NCBI GenBank assembly: GCA_038044525.1 | Contig: JBBSZV010000025.1 | Location: forward strand, 1 to 49,891 | Origin: Nanobdellota archaeon | GTDB lineage: Archaea > Nanobdellota > Nanobdellia > Woesearchaeales > GW2011-AR9 | Length of the DNA stretch: 49,891 bases | Reading direction: 5' to 3' | Shown here: positions 46,172 through 49,891 of the stretch, piece by piece | Layout of the letters: every line of letters begins with the position of its first letter | Position numbering within the stretch: the stretch's first letter is position 1 | The notes under the pieces: model-generated | Database searches by the model: none | What the model was told of the DNA's origin: nothing | What the model saw: the letters and a program-made list of their open reading frames with translations, nothing else | Translations under genes and position numbers: made by a program

Positions 46172-47074
46172 TTAAGGCTGATCCCGGCCTTGGCCATAGG
46201 CAGTCTCCATAGTATAAGATTCTGCTTCCAAAAGATTCCACCAGCGCCGGGAGCAATATTGATTACCAGCTGCGATACAGCCAATCTCTTCAACCCCCCA
46301 AAACATTAAGGAAACGGCATCTTCTCCCAATCTGTAATGAAACGTATCTTCTAAAATGGAAAGCTTTTCCGGAACCAGCAGTTGCGCAGGCCTGAAACGC
46401 GCATATTGAAGGACATGATTAAATTCGTGCGCTTTAGTTCCGGGATATTCCGTATTATACATCATAATATTTCCAATAGCAAGACCTGTCTGCGGTTCGG
46501 CAGGAGTTACGGGAGCGTGGCTATTGAACACAAAAGTTTGGTACGAAAAAGAATCCAGCCAATTAAATTCATTATTTTCCGTGTAATTGTAAAGCAGGCC
46601 GATGACCGGCGCGACTCTCCAATAAAAATCAAATCCTTTGTTCTTGGTGTCTATCTTGAAAAGCGCGGGACCGAATTCGTAGTATAAATGTTCAAACATC
46701 TCCCTGCCGGCAAGCGTATTGTCGATGATTGACGTGCCGGTTTCCACTGCACGCAGACCTATGCCGGGCAGCACAGGAATATTGTTCATGCCTATTTCCA
46801 TGCCGGCATATTGCATCATTCCTCCGCCCATACATTGGCCGATATCCTTGAATATCTCTCTCCTTTCTTCGACCGCAGCGACAATCCCGCAGATAAGACC
46901 ATTAAGACCGACATTAACGCCCAGCACTCCCAGACGGGCAGCTGGATCAACATCTCCTATATATGAGGGATCATCTGGCATCTGCGCATTTGAAGTTGAA
47001 GAAATGGACGCAACGGCTGTAAAAGGCAGAAGCATTTTCAAACATTTTTCAAGAGCATTCATTTTATCTATCAA
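46172..47074 (-). CDS. Secreted putative zinc metalloprotease (HExxH)
   Basis: 300 aa with a signal peptide and HEFNH. Confidence 0.45.
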   Translation of the reverse strand: MIDKMNALEKCLKMLLPFTAVASISSTSNAQMPDDPSYIGDVDPAARLGVLGVNVGLNGLICGIVAAVEERREIFKDIGQCMGGGMMQYAGMEIGMNNIPVLPGIGLRAVETGTSIIDNTLAGREMFEHLYYEFGPALFKIDTKNKGFDFYWRVAPVIGLLYNYTENNEFNWLDSFSYQTFVFNSHAPVTPAEPQTGLAIGNIMMYNTEYPGTKAHEFNHVLQYARFRPAQLLVPEKLSILEDTFHYRLGEDAVSLMFWGVEEIGCIAAGNQYCSRRWWNLLEAESYTMETAYGQGRDQP

Positions 47075-47322
47075 ATCTATTAGGGATTATTATCTGTTAT
47101 AGGGGTGATAAATCATTTATAATATCTCGTGGTTTCTAAAAGCATCATTTGAAGCATAATTTCAAAAGATATGGTATGTTTTGATGAATATTATGCGTGC
47201 GAATTTCTAGCAGGTTATTTTGGTCGCGGGGTACGCACATATCTCTCCTAATTTTGATACAAATATTAATAAACCTTTGAGATTTGTTATAGCCAGAGAT
47301 GTACGTACGAAAAAAGGGGAAT

Positions 47323-49891
47323 ATGGTAGTTTTGATACTGGTAGTTTTATTTGCTATTCTAAGCTCTGTTTTATTTGTCCGGGCTGACGTTTCTCTCACT
47401 GATTGTGGTGTGCTGAACATCGCGGGAGAAAGATATGCTCTTAGCAATTCTGTTATCGCCGGCTCCACTGCAAAAGCTTGTTTTCATATTACTACAAGTA
47501 ATATTACGCTGGATTGTAGGGGTTTCATGATCACTTATACGGGAGGCAACAGTGTCGGAATCAATAATACTGGCTGGGTAAATACGGTAGGGGGAAATGA
47601 TATTGGTAATCATAACGTAACTATCCGGAATTGCGTTATTTTCGACGAGAACACCGGAACGACAACCAATCGTTATGGTATTTATTTTCGATTTGCTGAA
47701 AATGGAACGATTGAAAACAACATCATCAATACCTCCCATTCAGAATCTTCAGGTATTGTTCTGGAATCATCGCATCGTAACTATCTTTTTAATAACAGCA
47801 TTAAGCTAAAGATTCCATTGAAAGTCCCCGGAACAGAACCGGATACTTATTCTTATGGCGTATTAATAAACGGCACTTCCGAATTTAATCTATTGACCAA
47901 CAATAATTTTACCAATGCTACTCCTTATTCCATCTATCATAACAGCCTAAAACCGGCTTACTTGAAGTACAATAATTCTCAGGCTTCCATATTTTGGAAT
48001 AAGACTAATATCACCACCAGCCTGAATCTTTCTATCGATTTAAATGTTTTTCTCGACAACGGTCTTGCTGGTTTTTATCCTAGTTCTCTCCCGACTGCAC
48101 TTATTATAGATAACCTCAATTCCAGTGCCAAAATCCAATTCAAGAACTTATCCTACCTACAGACACCTAGAGTATTAAAAGATGGCAGACGTTGCGATAA
48201 CGTGTATTTCTCTCCGTCTGGCGATGGAAGTGATCCTGTTTTTGCCTGCCCTATAACACAATACATTTCTACGCCTCCGTTCCAAGGCGTACTAGATTTC
48301 AATGTAACTTCTTTTAGCAATTACACTTTGCAGGACAACGATCCGCCTAACGTTACTATTATTCATCCTAATAGAAATAACACTTTCATTGGTCCCGGAA
48401 CATTTCAATTTCTTGTTACCGTCATTGATTCACATACTTCTATACACAACGTTACGTTCCAATTCAATAATGAATCCTGGCCGTTCAGTAGAAATGCTAC
48501 CAAAGTAGGTGCCGGTTATGATTGGATTTTAGATATTAGCAGTTATAGTTTCTCTCAGGGAATGCATGGTTTCAGGGTGTGGGCCAATGATTCCCTCAAC
48601 AATATCAACAATACTGAATTTTTTAACTTTACTATTGATTTAACTGCGCCAAATGGAACTTTTGTCAATCCGGCCAATGGTTCTAATTTCAGCTTCGGCA
48701 TGCAGGCATTCAACGCTACTATCCTTGATAATTTCACGAATGTAAGCACGGTGCTATTCATGTTCAACACTAATGCCACGCCGTATAATGTCACCGCAGT
48801 CAATCAAAGCGGCAGATGGGGGGCATTAGCCAACTTGACTGTATTCCCGGAAGGTCTTCACTCGGTAATTATTTTTACTAACGACACGGTGAATGTGTCA
48901 TTCGCAGGTCCGAACATTAACAACACCATCAACATTTCATTCACCGTTGATTTGACGGCGCCGAATGGAACTTTTGTCAATCCGGTCAATGGTTCTAATT
49001 TCAGTTTCGGCATGCAGATGTTCAACGCTACAATTCGTGACAATGTAACTTACGTCAAGAGTGTATTATTCATGTTCAACACCAATGCCACGCCGTTCAA
49101 TGCAACTCCAACTAATCGCAGCGGAAACTGGGGAGTGTTAGTCAACTTAACCGTATTCCCAGAAGGATTGCATTCAGCGATAGTGTTTGCGAATGATACC
49201 GTAGATAACATCAATAACACCATCAACATTTCATTCACCGTTGATTTGACTGCGCCGAATGGGACCTTCATTACTGCTAACGGTTCTAATTTCAGCTTCG
49301 GCATGCAGGCATTCAACGCCACTATTCTCGACAACGTTACTAATGTAAAGAAAGTGTTGTTCATGTTCAACACTAACGTAACGCCGTACAATGTCACCGC
49401 AGTCAATCAAAGCGGCAGGTGGGGAGCATTAGCCAACTTGACGGTATTCCCAGAAGGATTGCACTCGGTAATCGTATTTGCCAATGACACGGTAGATAAC
49501 ATCAACAGCACCATCAACATTTCATTCACCGTTGATTTGACGGCGCCGAATGGAACTTTTGTCAATCCGGTCAATGGTTCTAATTTCAGTTTCGACATGC
49601 AGATGTTCAACGCTACAATTCGTGACAATGTAACTTACGTCAAGAGTGTATTATTCATGTTCAACACCAATGCCACGCCGTTCAATGCAACTCCAACTAA
49701 TCGCAGCGGAAACTGGGGAGTGTTAGTCAACTTAACAGTATTCCCAGAAGGATTGCACTCGGTAATTGTATTCGCCAATGATTCGGCGAACAACATCAAT
49801 AACACCATCAACATTTCATTCACCGTTGATTTAACTGCGCCGAATGGAACTTTTGTCAATCCGGTCAATGGTTCTAATTTCAGTTTCGGCA
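47323..49891 (+). CDS. Large secreted/surface protein, 3'-truncated by the window end. Signal peptide, beta-helix-like N-terminal region, tandem Ig-like repeats, and very dense N-glycosylation sequons
   Basis: I read the frame by eye and it is open from ATG 47323 to 49891 with no stop. It is absent from the ORF track because it has no in-window stop. Purine-rich RBS-like run aaaaagggga 2 nt upstream, and a signal peptide MVVLILVVLFAILSSVLFVRA. The N-terminal ~430 aa are rich in N/G/T/I, with NxxI repeats. At least four tandem ~97-104-aa repeats, each starting TVDLTAPNGTF. Confidence 0.75.
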   Translation, partial: MVVLILVVLFAILSSVLFVRADVSLTDCGVLNIAGERYALSNSVIAGSTAKACFHITTSNITLDCRGFMITYTGGNSVGINNTGWVNTVGGNDIGNHNVTIRNCVIFDENTGTTTNRYGIYFRFAENGTIENNIINTSHSESSGIVLESSHRNYLFNNSIKLKIPLKVPGTEPDTYSYGVLINGTSEFNLLTNNNFTNATPYSIYHNSLKPAYLKYNNSQASIFWNKTNITTSLNLSIDLNVFLDNGLAGFYPSSLPTALIIDNLNSSAKIQFKNLSYLQTPRVLKDGRRCDNVYFSPSGDGSDPVFACPITQYISTPPFQGVLDFNVTSFSNYTLQDNDPPNVTIIHPNRNNTFIGPGTFQFLVTVIDSHTSIHNVTFQFNNESWPFSRNATKVGAGYDWILDISSYSFSQGMHGFRVWANDSLNNINNTEFFNFTIDLTAPNGTFVNPANGSNFSFGMQAFNATILDNFTNVSTVLFMFNTNATPYNVTAVNQSGRWGALANLTVFPEGLHSVIIFTNDTVNVSFAGPNINNTINISFTVDLTAPNGTFVNPVNGSNFSFGMQMFNATIRDNVTYVKSVLFMFNTNATPFNATPTNRSGNWGVLVNLTVFPEGLHSAIVFANDTVDNINNTINISFTVDLTAPNGTFITANGSNFSFGMQAFNATILDNVTNVKKVLFMFNTNVTPYNVTAVNQSGRWGALANLTVFPEGLHSVIVFANDTVDNINSTINISFTVDLTAPNGTFVNPVNGSNFSFDMQMFNATIRDNVTYVKSVLFMFNTNATPFNATPTNRSGNWGVLVNLTVFPEGLHSVIVFANDSANNINNTINISFTVDLTAPNGTFVNPVNGSNFSFG
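48628..49891 (+). repeat. Coding tandem repeats, period ~281-312 bp, at least 4.3 copies in an A-B-A-B pattern
   Basis: Repeat starts at 48628, 48940, 49244, 49525 and 49819. Alternate units are nearly identical (units 1 and 3; units 2 and 4), which indicates a recent duplication of a two-unit block. Confidence 0.8.

Noticed and set aside
48555-49868. Four minus-strand ORFs (82, 61, 118, 73/77 aa) with near-identical sequences
   Set aside because: They lie antisense inside the tandem repeats of the long plus-strand surface-protein ORF (47323-49891, open to the window end). Their repetition only reflects the sense-strand repeats.
48628-49891. Tandem repeats as a possible CRISPR array
   Set aside because: The period is ~290 bp and it is not a short repeat/spacer structure. 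The repeats are in-frame coding units of one ORF.

Overview
This looks like a low-GC archaeal chromosome fragment, probably from a small-genome DPANN-type archaeon. Archaeal PCNA, an archaeal-type PEP carboxylase, GatE, a short archaeal triose-phosphate isomerase, an ATP-dependent DNA ligase and a RecQ helicase are all recognisable. No rRNA, tRNA or CRISPR array was found. Housekeeping genes alternate with accessory content.

The main points:
1. A thiol-disulfide oxidoreductase cluster sits at 3975-8182: a secreted thioredoxin-like protein, a cupredoxin-DoxX-VKOR operon, a DsbA-like protein and a second DoxX.
2. An asparagine-synthetase/Dph6-like fusion protein is at 11117-13228.
3. A complete diversity-generating retroelement (DGR) is present at 13252-15384. 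The reverse transcriptase carries the DGR-specific motif, and a 77-bp template repeat (TR) and variable repeat (VR) differ almost only at TR adenines. Asn AAC codons in the TR read as Ser, Gly or Tyr in the VR. A GC-rich IMH-like element and a hairpin lie next to the VR.
4. The diversified target is the last gene of a six-gene minus-strand operon (14692-21023). That operon encodes a tandem AAA+ ATPase and four proteins I cannot place. None of the six products appears to have a signal peptide, so this looks like an intracellular DGR-diversified system that I do not recognise. I regard it as the most likely novel system in the window.
5. An accessory island at 21.2-26.7 kb carries Fic, HEPN/MNT and PIN/RHH modules and a clear Major Vault Protein homologue, which is unusual for an archaeon. 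Roughly 38-bp direct repeats sit 4.7 kb apart, each upstream of a minus-strand transcription unit.
6. The window ends in a 3'-truncated surface protein gene (from 47323), which the ORF track omitted because it runs off the end. It has a signal peptide, a beta-helix-like region and at least four tandem ~97-104-aa repeats packed with N-x-S/T sequons. The minus-strand ORFs listed across that region are antisense artefacts.
7. A cluster of five or more strong hairpins at 164-347, upstream of PCNA, may be a structured RNA.
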